NCBI GenBank assembly: GCA_027489065.1
Contig: JAIYAM010000026.1
Coordinates: forward strand, 70-64,069
Reading direction: 5' to 3'
Source: Erythrobacteraceae bacterium
GTDB taxonomy: Bacteria; Pseudomonadota; Alphaproteobacteria; Sphingomonadales; Sphingomonadaceae
DNA: 64,000 nt
Shown here in pieces: positions 9,469 through 17,715 of this stretch. The notes under the pieces were generated by a model, which did no database searches, was not told the origin of the DNA, and saw nothing but the letters and a program-made list of their open reading frames with translations. The number at the start of each line of letters is the position of its first letter. Positions within the stretch are counted from its first letter, which is position 1. A program made the translations under genes and the position numbers.

Positions 9469-12400
9469 GTGCAAATCATTGATAACATCAACGTGTTGCT
9501 CGGGGACGAGCTCAAGAAAGACATCAAGCGCGGTCAGCGGCTCCGCATTGCTGCGTCGAGCTTCTCCATTTTCGCGTTCGAGGCTCTGCGCAAGGAGCTT
9601 CAGCATATCGAAGAGCTGCAATTTCTGTTCACCGAGCAGACGTTCACTGCTGAGCGTGCGACAGACGGGAAGACGCGTGAGCGCCGCGAGTTCTTCATCC
9701 CCAAATCCAAAAGGGTTGCCGGTCTCTCCGGGTCGGAGTTCGAGATCCAGCTCCGCAACCGACTGACCCAGCGGGCGATCGCGCGCGAGTGCGCTGAATG
9801 GATCCGCAAGAAGGCGCGCTTCAAATCCAATGCGTCCTCGGCCCCAATGCAGCAGTTTCTCTCGGTCGACGGAGCGCCGGCCAGCGTCGCCTACATGCCG
9901 CTGTCTGGCTTCACGGCAGTCGACTTGGGCTATGCTCAGGGCAACGCCGTATCCAATTTCGTGAATCGCTTCGACGAGGCGATGCACACCCAGAGCTACA
10001 TCCAGCTCTTCGACACCATCTGGTCCGACCCGTCGCGCGTGGAAGACGTTACCGACGCGATATGCGACCACATCGCCTCGGTCTATCGGGAGAATTCCCC
10101 CGAGCGCGTCTATTTCATCATGCTCTACAATATCTTCCACGCATTTCTGGAGGATATCGACGAGGACGTGCTGCCCAATGACCGGACGGGCTATCAGGAG
10201 AGCCTCGTCTGGCAGAAGCTGTTCAACTACCAGCGTGATGCTGCAACCGGGATCATCAACAAGCTCGAGACCTTCAACGGCTGCATCCTGGCGGACAGCG
10301 TCGGGTTGGGGAAGACGTTCACCGCCCTGGCGGTGATCAAGTACTACGAGCTGCGCAACCGCTCGGTCCTAGTGCTGTGTCCGAAGAAGCTGACCGATAA
10401 CTGGCTGAACTATAACACCAACCTGAAAACCAATCCGTTCGCCCGGGATCGGTTCAATTATGACGTCCTGTGCCACACGGACCTGTCTCGCACCTCGGGC
10501 TCATCGAACGGCATTCCGCTCAACCGGGTGAACTGGGGCAACTACGATCTCGTGGTGATCGACGAGTCCCACAACTTCCGGAACAACGATGCCTTCAAGG
10601 AGAAGGAGACCCGCTACCAGAAGCTCATGAATCAGGTCATCCGGGCCGGCGTGAAGACGAAAGTGCTGATGCTGTCTGCGACACCCGTGAACAACCGATT
10701 CAATGATCTGCGCAACCAGCTGGCCCTAGCCTACGAAGGCCACTCCGACACGCTGTCGGAGAAGCTGAACACCACCGCCAGCGTCGAGGAGATCTTCCGC
10801 CGGGCGCAGGCTGCCTTCAATCGCTGGTCCAAACTCCCGCCCGAGCAAAGGACTGCGGAGACGATCCTGACCGAACTCGATTTCGATTTCTTCGAGCTGC
10901 TCGACAGCGTGACGATCGCCCGGTCGCGCAAGCATATCACTACTTTCTACGACATGACCGACATCGGCCATTTCCCGCAGCGCCTGAAGCCGTTGTCCTT
11001 CAGGCCGCCGCTCACCGATGTTCCGGGCGCGATGGATCTCAACGAGATCGTGGCGCAGCTGACGCTGCTCAAGCTCTCGGTCTACGCGCCAACCAGCTAC
11101 ATCCTGCCGAGCCGCCTCGCCAAGTATGAGGCGCTCTACGACACGGACGTCTCGAGCGGTGGTGGGAAACTGCGGCAAGCCGACCGCGACAAGAGCCTGC
11201 AGGCCCTGATGACGGTCAACCTGCTGAAGCGCCTTGAAAGCTCAATCCACGCATTCCGGCTGACCTTGGGCTCATTGGCTGACAACATTCGCAAGACGCT
11301 GGAGGTGGTTGAGGACTACCGCTCTGGCCGCGGCGCCAGTTCTATCGTCGACTATGCTGACGACATCGAAACACTCGAGGCCGAAGATGATGAGCTGGAG
11401 GGTTTCGGGGCCTACCGTGTCGGCGGCAAGGTCCGGATCGATCTTGCGGACATGGACGTGCCCGGCTTCGCACATGATCTTGAAGCAGATCTCGCCCTGA
11501 TCGATGCCCTTCTGGGTGAGATGACCCGCATCACGCCTGACCATGACAAGAAGCTTCAGCATCTGAAGAGCCTGATCGGCGAGAAGCTGGACCGGCCGAT
11601 CAACCCAGGCAACCCCAAGGTGATCATCTTCACCGCCTTCGCTGACACGGCGCACTACCTCTATGACCAGATCGCGGCAGAGATGCTTACCCAGCACCGC
11701 CTTCACACCGGGCGCGTGACCGGATCGGACGCCCCCAAATCCACGCTCGGGAAGGGGCATGACTTCCAGACGCTGCTGACTCTGTTCTCGCCGCGCTCAA
11801 AGGAGAAGGCGGCAATCATGCCCGATGAGCCGGGTGAGATCGACATTCTGATCGCCACCGACTGCATCTCGGAAGGCCAGAACCTCCAGGACTGCGACTT
11901 CCTGGTGAACTACGACATTCACTGGAACCCCGTCCGGATCATTCAACGGTTTGGGCGGATCGACCGCATTGGCTCTCCCAATGCGCAGATCCAGCTGGCG
12001 AACTATTGGCCGGACATCACTCTCGACGATTACATCAAGCTCAAGGAGCGCGTGGAAAACCGGATGATCATCGCCGACGTTACCGCGACCGGCGATGACA
12101 ATGTGCTGACCGCCAAAGCCAGCGACACTGCCTATCGCCGCGAACAGCTGCGCCGGCTGCAGGAAGAGGTCATCGAGCTCGAGGATGTCCGTACCGGCAT
12201 TTCGATCACGGATCTGGGGCTGAACGATTTCCGCATGGACCTGCTCAACTACGTGAAAGAGCATGGGGACCTCGCATCGACACCCAAGGGGCTTCATGCC
12301 GTGGTCCCGGCTGAACCCGCCAAGGGCCTGGAGCCGGGCATTATCTTCGCTTTAAAGGCCGTAGGGGGAGATGCCTCGACCAACCGGCAGAACCGCCTGC

Positions 12401-12756
12401 ATCCCTACTATCTGATCTACATGGGCAATGATGGGAGCGTCGTCGCCGATCAGACCCAAGTGAAGCGCCTGCTCGATCTGGTGCGGACTGCGGCCAAAGG
12501 CGTGACAGCCCCGGTTCCGCCAGCATTCCGGCCCTTCAATGCCCGAACGGCAGACGGGCAGGATATGAGCGGGCCCTCCCAGCTGCTCAACGCCGCAATC
12601 CGCGCCATGATTGACGCCAAGGAGGAGCGGGATCTCGACAGCCTGTTCTCGGCCGGCGCCACCACTGCGCTCTCCCACACCATCCGCGGTCTTGAGGACT
12701 TTGAACTGATCGCCTTCGTCGTTGTGGAGCAGGCAGAGGCCGGAGCTGCTGCGTGA
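9469..12756 (+). CDS. SNF2-family helicase associated with type III R-M; N-terminal degenerate PLD-like domain
   Basis: ADSVGLGKT (motif I), IDESHNFRN (II), MLSATPVNN (III), ISEGQNLQ (V), WNPVRIIQRFGRIDR (VI); 1095 aa. Confidence 0.9.
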   Translation: MQIIDNINVLLGDELKKDIKRGQRLRIAASSFSIFAFEALRKELQHIEELQFLFTEQTFTAERATDGKTRERREFFIPKSKRVAGLSGSEFEIQLRNRLTQRAIARECAEWIRKKARFKSNASSAPMQQFLSVDGAPASVAYMPLSGFTAVDLGYAQGNAVSNFVNRFDEAMHTQSYIQLFDTIWSDPSRVEDVTDAICDHIASVYRENSPERVYFIMLYNIFHAFLEDIDEDVLPNDRTGYQESLVWQKLFNYQRDAATGIINKLETFNGCILADSVGLGKTFTALAVIKYYELRNRSVLVLCPKKLTDNWLNYNTNLKTNPFARDRFNYDVLCHTDLSRTSGSSNGIPLNRVNWGNYDLVVIDESHNFRNNDAFKEKETRYQKLMNQVIRAGVKTKVLMLSATPVNNRFNDLRNQLALAYEGHSDTLSEKLNTTASVEEIFRRAQAAFNRWSKLPPEQRTAETILTELDFDFFELLDSVTIARSRKHITTFYDMTDIGHFPQRLKPLSFRPPLTDVPGAMDLNEIVAQLTLLKLSVYAPTSYILPSRLAKYEALYDTDVSSGGGKLRQADRDKSLQALMTVNLLKRLESSIHAFRLTLGSLADNIRKTLEVVEDYRSGRGASSIVDYADDIETLEAEDDELEGFGAYRVGGKVRIDLADMDVPGFAHDLEADLALIDALLGEMTRITPDHDKKLQHLKSLIGEKLDRPINPGNPKVIIFTAFADTAHYLYDQIAAEMLTQHRLHTGRVTGSDAPKSTLGKGHDFQTLLTLFSPRSKEKAAIMPDEPGEIDILIATDCISEGQNLQDCDFLVNYDIHWNPVRIIQRFGRIDRIGSPNAQIQLANYWPDITLDDYIKLKERVENRMIIADVTATGDDNVLTAKASDTAYRREQLRRLQEEVIELEDVRTGISITDLGLNDFRMDLLNYVKEHGDLASTPKGLHAVVPAEPAKGLEPGIIFALKAVGGDASTNRQNRLHPYYLIYMGNDGSVVADQTQVKRLLDLVRTAAKGVTAPVPPAFRPFNARTADGQDMSGPSQLLNAAIRAMIDAKEERDLDSLFSAGATTALSHTIRGLEDFELIAFVVVEQAEAGAAA

Positions 12757-13412
12757 CCCTCTATGCGTGGCCGCCGCGAACGGCATTTGGACGCGCGATC
12801 CCGAAGAGCCGGATATACGGCGCCGCGCAGGTTCCGCGCGCGATGCAGGCCAAATTCGTCGATCAGGTCGAGCGCATGGAGTGGACCCACGTGCTTCGCG
12901 CGGATCGGTTAAACCTACGTCCGTCGGCAGACGTCGAGGAGATAGCCGTTATTGCGATCGACCTGCATACGCCGGACGTCGAACCGGCAGTCCTGGTGGC
13001 GATCGAGAAGGCCATTCCGCGGCCTCTGATCCTCGAACTCAACCATGCCGGGCGCACTCGGATGGCAATGGCGTGGAAGCGCCCAAGCCAGGCGGAGGCG
13101 GGCAAGTGGGTCACCGCAACGCACGCCTTCACCGCTTGGGAAGCGGGGGACGCACCGCGTCAGGCTCTGCCCACCGCGCTGGACATGGGCACGCTCTATG
13201 CACGGCTGCTCGAGCCTCTGCTACCGCCTAAGCGAAGCGACGACGAGCCGATTGCAGCGCGTGTCGCCCGGGCGGAAGAGGCCGCACAGATTGAGCGTGA
13301 GATCACGCGCCTTGAAAATGCTCTGGCGAGGGAAAAGCAGTTCAACCGGAAGGTTGAGGTTAACGCGGCGCTTCGTGCGGCGAAAGCGAAGCTCGACGCG
13401 CTGCGAACCTGA
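12753..13412 (+). CDS. DUF4391-family protein
   Basis: GTGA overlap with the helicase. TAFGRAIPKS-type N-terminus and coiled C-terminus REKQFNRKVEVNAALR, typical of the gene between SNF2 helicase and mod. Confidence 0.8.
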   Translation: MTLYAWPPRTAFGRAIPKSRIYGAAQVPRAMQAKFVDQVERMEWTHVLRADRLNLRPSADVEEIAVIAIDLHTPDVEPAVLVAIEKAIPRPLILELNHAGRTRMAMAWKRPSQAEAGKWVTATHAFTAWEAGDAPRQALPTALDMGTLYARLLEPLLPPKRSDDEPIAARVARAEEAAQIEREITRLENALAREKQFNRKVEVNAALRAAKAKLDALRT

Positions 13413-13427
13413 CCGTCGCGGTAAATG

Positions 13428-13455
13428 TTGCGTTTTTTCGTAAATTGTGTATAAT
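13428..13455 (+). promoter_or_regulatory. Near-consensus sigma70 promoter
   Basis: TTGCGT-N16-TATAAT in an AT-rich patch immediately after the DUF4391 stop. Confidence 0.6.
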
Positions 13456-13460
13456 TGAAC

Positions 13461-13577
13461 CCAACATCTTCCACTTCGGGGGTTGGAGTCGGTTCGAATC
13501 CGGCGGCTGCACTAGTCCTGATTGCCCTTCTTTCAATCTTTCGCTTCCTCGGAAGCAAGTTTTTTAAGGAGAAGGCT
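13461..13577 (+). ncRNA. Candidate structured RNA leader or small RNA with cUUCGg hairpin, tRNA T-arm-like hairpin and anti-SD segment
   Basis: CCAA/TTGG-closed hairpin with C-TTCG-G loop (13461-13486); GTCGG-TTCGAAT-CCGGC (13488-13504); GCTTCC/GGAAGC hairpin followed by T6 (13543-13565); TTGCCCTTCT (13522-13531) is complementary to the SD/start region. Confidence 0.4.
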
Positions 13578-13730
13578 ATGGGCAAAAAACTGAAGAATTC
13601 TATTTCGAAAGTCCATGTAGTTAACCGTTGCTGTGCAAATCTGGTCAAGTTCGTCCCTCATTTCATCGAGACTGTGTGGGCGGTTGGGGCTGGTGTAGCC
13701 GCATCGGTGGTATCCACCTCCACCCATTGA
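13578..13730 (+). CDS. Small 50-aa ORF with hydrophobic C-terminal segment
   Basis: Strong SD AAGGAGAAGG 2 nt before the ATG. MGKKLKNSISKVHVVNRCCANLVKFVPHFIETVWAVGAGVAASVVSTSTH. A terminator-like hairpin overlaps the stop. Confidence 0.45.
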   Translation: MGKKLKNSISKVHVVNRCCANLVKFVPHFIETVWAVGAGVAASVVSTSTH

Positions 13731-13763
13731 GCGGGCAGCCCAACAGCTGCCCGCTCCTCATTT
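13729..13763 (+). terminator. Intrinsic terminator-like hairpin
   Basis: Perfect 11-bp stem GAGCGGGCAGC-ccaaca-GCTGCCCGCTC followed by CTCATTT (short U tract). Confidence 0.55.
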
Positions 13764-13823
13764 GCCCATCAAGTGCCGCTGTCTGTTCGACAAAAGCTGT
13801 CGTGGCCGCTAGGAATTCGGGCC

Positions 13824-15920
13824 ATGGACAAGATGAAAATGCACAGCCCGGACCTGTCTCAGGACAACGTTGCCAAGATCCGCGCCCTTTTCCCTGATTG
13901 CGTGACAGAGGCCGCCGACGAGCAGGGCAACATCCGGCTCGCCGTTGACTTCGACCAGCTGCGCCAGACGCTTTCGGATCATATCGTCGAAGGGCCGCAG
14001 GAGCGTTATCGGCTCGACTGGCCCGGCAAGCGCGAGGCGCTTCTCACTGCCAATGCTCCGATCGCCAAGACCCTCCGCCCCTGCCGCGAGGAGAGCGTGG
14101 ACTTCGACACCACCCAGAACCTCTTCATCGAAGGCGACAACCTCGATGCGCTGAAGCTCCTTCAGGAAAGCTATCTTGGTAAGGTAAAGCTGATCTACAT
14201 CGATCCGCCCTATAACACCGGCAAAGACTTCATTTATCGAGATAAGTTTTCGTCTTTGAAGGCCCAGTATGAGAATCTTACTGAGCAGCGCGACGCCGAC
14301 GGCGGTCTGCTGGTAGCTAATCCTGAAACCAAGGGTCGGTACCATTCCGACTGGCTCACTATGATCTACTCTCGCCTGAAGGTTGCGAGAAACCTGCTAG
14401 CAGAGGACGGTCTGATCTTCATCAGTATCGACGATGTGGAACAGGCTGCCCTGAAGCAGATCTGTGCAGAAATATTCGGTGAGAAGAACTTTATTGCCCA
14501 GCTGACTTGGGAAAAGGGTCGAAAGAACGACGCGAAATTCTTTTCACTCGGCCATGAGTACATGCTTGTGTATGCACGCAATCAGCTAGTGCTGCGTGAG
14601 CGAGGCGAAATTTGGCGCGAAGAAAAGCCTGGCGCTAAAGAAATTTGGGATGAATTCGTACGCCTGCGCAGCATATACGCTGACAATTTCGGTCAAATGG
14701 AAAAGGCCTTGTCGGAGTGGTACTCCGATTTACCGAAGTCTCACCCATCGAAAAAGTGGTCGCGGTATAAGCGCATCGACAAGAATGGACCTTGGCGAGA
14801 CCGCGACATCTCATGGCCGGGCGGTGATGGCCCTAAGTACGATGTGATCCACCCTGTCACAAAGCTGCCTTGTGCAGTTCCCGAGGCTGGATGGCGTTAT
14901 GCTTCGCCCGATGAGATGCAGCGGCAGATCAAGCTTGGACTGGTAGAATTTCGCGCTGACCACACCGAGCCGCCCTTCCGCAAAGCCCATATTCGTCCGA
15001 TCCCCGAGGAGTGTGACGACATCAACGAAGGTGATGAAGGTGAGGGCGGTGAAGAAGGGGAGTCTGAATTCGCCACTCAGGTCCGAGCGTCAGTGATTTA
15101 CAAGCAGTCCCAAGTTGCGGTTAAATATTTGCGGGGTCTGATGGGTGGCAAAGTTTTTAGCAACCCAAAAGATCACGATGAACTTGCTAAAATTTTTGCT
15201 TACGCTACGCCGCGCAACCCGAACGCAATCATCATGGATTTCTTCGCGGGCTCAGGGAGCGCAGCCGAAGCAGTTTTGACCGCGAATGCGACCGCTGGTA
15301 CCAGTTACAAATTCGTGGTGGTACAGTTGCCTGAAGACCTTGATAAGGCCGCTGCGGCAACGTCGGGCACAGCCAAGAAGACGGTGCAAAACGCCATCAA
15401 ATTGCTCGACAAGTTGGGTAGGCCGCACCTGCTTTCCGAAGTGACTAAAGAGCGCATTCGCCTCGCGGGCATGGAAGCCTTGAAGGGGGATGTCAGTGAG
15501 GGCTGGAACCGAGACGTCGGTTTTCGCGTGCTGAAGATCGACAGCTCTAACATGAGCGACGTCTACTACCGTCCCGACGAGGTGAGTCAGGACGAACTCT
15601 TTGGGCAAGTCGACAGCGTGAAGCCGGATCGCACCGGCGAGGATCTGCTGTTTCAGGTGCTGATCGACTGGGGCGTAGAGTTGACCCTGCCGATCGACCG
15701 CGAAACCCTGCACGGCAAGACCGTTTATTCGGTGGACGGTAATGCGTTGATCGCCTGTGTCGACACCGGCGTCACCGATGAGTTGGTGAAGGAGATCGCC
15801 GCTCGCGCGCCACTGCGTGCCGTGTTCCGCGACACCAGCTTTGCCCGCGATGCCGATCGCATCAACGCCGAGCAGCTCTTCCGCCAGCTCTCGCCGGGCA
15901 CCGAACTGAAGGCCATCTGA
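13824..15920 (+). CDS. mod: Type III R-M DNA methyltransferase (Mod; N6-adenine, beta class)
   Basis: ATG 13824 MDKMKMHSPDL. IYIDPPYNTG catalytic motif precedes the IIMDFFAGSGS SAM motif. The central TRD is lower in GC. Confidence 0.95.
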   Translation: MDKMKMHSPDLSQDNVAKIRALFPDCVTEAADEQGNIRLAVDFDQLRQTLSDHIVEGPQERYRLDWPGKREALLTANAPIAKTLRPCREESVDFDTTQNLFIEGDNLDALKLLQESYLGKVKLIYIDPPYNTGKDFIYRDKFSSLKAQYENLTEQRDADGGLLVANPETKGRYHSDWLTMIYSRLKVARNLLAEDGLIFISIDDVEQAALKQICAEIFGEKNFIAQLTWEKGRKNDAKFFSLGHEYMLVYARNQLVLRERGEIWREEKPGAKEIWDEFVRLRSIYADNFGQMEKALSEWYSDLPKSHPSKKWSRYKRIDKNGPWRDRDISWPGGDGPKYDVIHPVTKLPCAVPEAGWRYASPDEMQRQIKLGLVEFRADHTEPPFRKAHIRPIPEECDDINEGDEGEGGEEGESEFATQVRASVIYKQSQVAVKYLRGLMGGKVFSNPKDHDELAKIFAYATPRNPNAIIMDFFAGSGSAAEAVLTANATAGTSYKFVVVQLPEDLDKAAAATSGTAKKTVQNAIKLLDKLGRPHLLSEVTKERIRLAGMEALKGDVSEGWNRDVGFRVLKIDSSNMSDVYYRPDEVSQDELFGQVDSVKPDRTGEDLLFQVLIDWGVELTLPIDRETLHGKTVYSVDGNALIACVDTGVTDELVKEIAARAPLRAVFRDTSFARDADRINAEQLFRQLSPGTELKAI

Positions 15921-15923
15921 CCG

Positions 15924-17594
15924 ATGGATCAGGCCGCGCTCACTTCTCTGCTCGCCCAGCTTATCGCCCATTGGGAGGATGAGGTGGTGGAGTTCAAGCG
16001 CGGTAAAGACAGCTATTCCGTGAGCGACCTGGGCAAATATCTCTCGGCCCTGGCCAATGAGGCGAACCTGCGCGGCAAGGATCGCGCATGGATCGTGTTC
16101 GGGGTCGATAACAAAACCCGCCAGGTGGTGGGTACAACCTACAAAGAAAGTTCCGAGCACCTGCAGGCCACGAAGAAGCAGGTGTTAGACGGAACGAGTA
16201 GCATTACCTTCCGCGACATCCACGAGCTGCTGCATCCCGATGGCCGCGTCATACTGTTCGAAGTGCCGGCAGCGCCGCGGGGCATGCCAATCAATTGGAG
16301 CGGCCACGCTTATGGGCGAGCGGGCGAGAGCCTGACCGCTCTGCCACCAGACAAGCTGGACGAGATCCGCAACCAGACTATCGCAACCGATTGGACGGCG
16401 CAGGTGGTCGAAGGGGCAACGCTGGCCGACCTTGACCCAAAGGCGATCTCTGTCGCGCGAGAACGATTTGCTGAGAAGCATGCACGTCGGGTCTCGTCAG
16501 AAGAAGTGGCAGGCTGGAGTGACGCAACCTTCCTCGACAGAGCGAAAGTTACCCAGAATGGCGCGATAACCCGCGCAGGACTGCTGCTGCTCGGCAAGAT
16601 GGAGGCGGCAGGGAAGCTAAGTCCGCACCCGGCCGAGATCACCTGGAGCCTGCGCGGGGAAGAGCAGGCCTATGAGCATTTCTACCCGCCGTTTTTGCTC
16701 ACATCCTCCGAGGTCTTTGCCCGCATCCGGAACGTGCAGATCCGCATCCTGCCACAGGACCAGCTGCTGGCGCATGAGGTGTCGAAATATGACCAAAGCG
16801 TGGTTCTTGAGGCCCTGCACAACTGCATCGCCCACCAGGACTACACCCGCAACGGCCGTATCGTCGTTACCGAATATCTCGATAGGCTGACTTTCGAGAG
16901 CGAGGGCGGTTTCGTGGATGGCGAGCCCACGGATTATGCCACTGGTGCCCGCTCGACCCCGCGCCGCTATCGTAACAGCTGGCTGGTCCAGGCAATGGCC
17001 GAGCTCAATATGATCGACCAGATGGGGTATGGCATTCAGCGCATCTATGAGGCACAGCGGAGGCGGTTCTTCCCGTTGCCCGATTATGATGTGAAGGATC
17101 CGACCGCGGTCAGCCTGACAATCCATGGCCGCGTGGTCGACCCCGCCTATAGCCGCTTGCTGATGCAGCAGACCGAGCTTGATCTGGTCGATGTCGTCAA
17201 TCTCGATCGGGTGCAGAAGAAGCTGCCCATTACCGACGACGCCATCAAGCACCTGCGCCGCCGGAAGCTCATCGAGGGGCGCAAACCGAACTTCCATGTC
17301 TCAGCGACGGTAGCAGCGGCAACTGCCACGATGGCCGACTATGTCCGCACCCGCGCCCAGGATGATGAGTTCTATGCGAAGCTACTGACCGACTATCTCG
17401 GGGGCGCAGGCCGTGCCACACGTCGGGAGGTCGACCAGCTGTTGCTCGACAAGCTGAGCGACGCCCTCACGCCCGAACAGCGCACCAAGAAGATTGCCAA
17501 CCTGCTTACCAAGCTGCGGCGGCAGGGGGTGATCGTGAACAAGGGTCCGCGGGCGGCGCCGCAATGGATGCTTGCAGAAAGAAATGCGCGATGA
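15924..17594 (+). CDS. Schlafen/AlbA_2 domain protein with HATPase_c_4-like and C-terminal HTH domains
   Basis: EDEVVEFKRG...LSALANEAN...WIVFGVDN (AlbA_2 pattern); EALHNCIAHQDY...SEGGF...RNSWLVQAM-ELNMIDQMGYGI (HATPase_c_4 pattern). Confidence 0.85.
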   Translation: MDQAALTSLLAQLIAHWEDEVVEFKRGKDSYSVSDLGKYLSALANEANLRGKDRAWIVFGVDNKTRQVVGTTYKESSEHLQATKKQVLDGTSSITFRDIHELLHPDGRVILFEVPAAPRGMPINWSGHAYGRAGESLTALPPDKLDEIRNQTIATDWTAQVVEGATLADLDPKAISVARERFAEKHARRVSSEEVAGWSDATFLDRAKVTQNGAITRAGLLLLGKMEAAGKLSPHPAEITWSLRGEEQAYEHFYPPFLLTSSEVFARIRNVQIRILPQDQLLAHEVSKYDQSVVLEALHNCIAHQDYTRNGRIVVTEYLDRLTFESEGGFVDGEPTDYATGARSTPRRYRNSWLVQAMAELNMIDQMGYGIQRIYEAQRRRFFPLPDYDVKDPTAVSLTIHGRVVDPAYSRLLMQQTELDLVDVVNLDRVQKKLPITDDAIKHLRRRKLIEGRKPNFHVSATVAAATATMADYVRTRAQDDEFYAKLLTDYLGGAGRATRREVDQLLLDKLSDALTPEQRTKKIANLLTKLRRQGVIVNKGPRAAPQWMLAERNAR

Positions 17595-17701
17595 TTGCGG
17601 CCTCTTGCAGAAAGGTCGGGCGGATAAGTCCTAGGGATTCCGTCGTTTCCCTCTTTCTGCACAGTGGAAAATTCTCTCTCCAAAGTTATGAATGCAGAAA
17701 G
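17573..17701. repeat. Four copies of TGCAGAAAG (three direct, one inverted)
   Basis: Copies at 17573-17581, 17606-17614 and 17693-17701 (+) and 17653-17661 (-), spanning the end of the Schlafen gene and the gap before res. Confidence 0.8.
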
Positions 17702-17715
17702 GGCCTGCGTCGGCC

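Noticed and set aside
13400-13520. Complete tRNA gene or permuted tmRNA around GGTTCGAATCC
   Set aside because: No acceptor 5' strand, D arm or anticodon arm at workable spacing and no CCA. A GGGGCTG that could pair lies about 180 nt downstream with no room for a tag ORF. Kept only as a T-arm-like element.
13455-13730. 91-aa version of the small ORF starting at TTG 13455
   Set aside because: The TTG overlaps the predicted -10 and has no RBS; the ATG at 13578 has a strong SD.
13824-15920. Phase-variable mod (phasevarion)
   Set aside because: No simple sequence repeat tract seen; the GAAGGTGA-rich patch near 15030-15065 only encodes an acidic loop.
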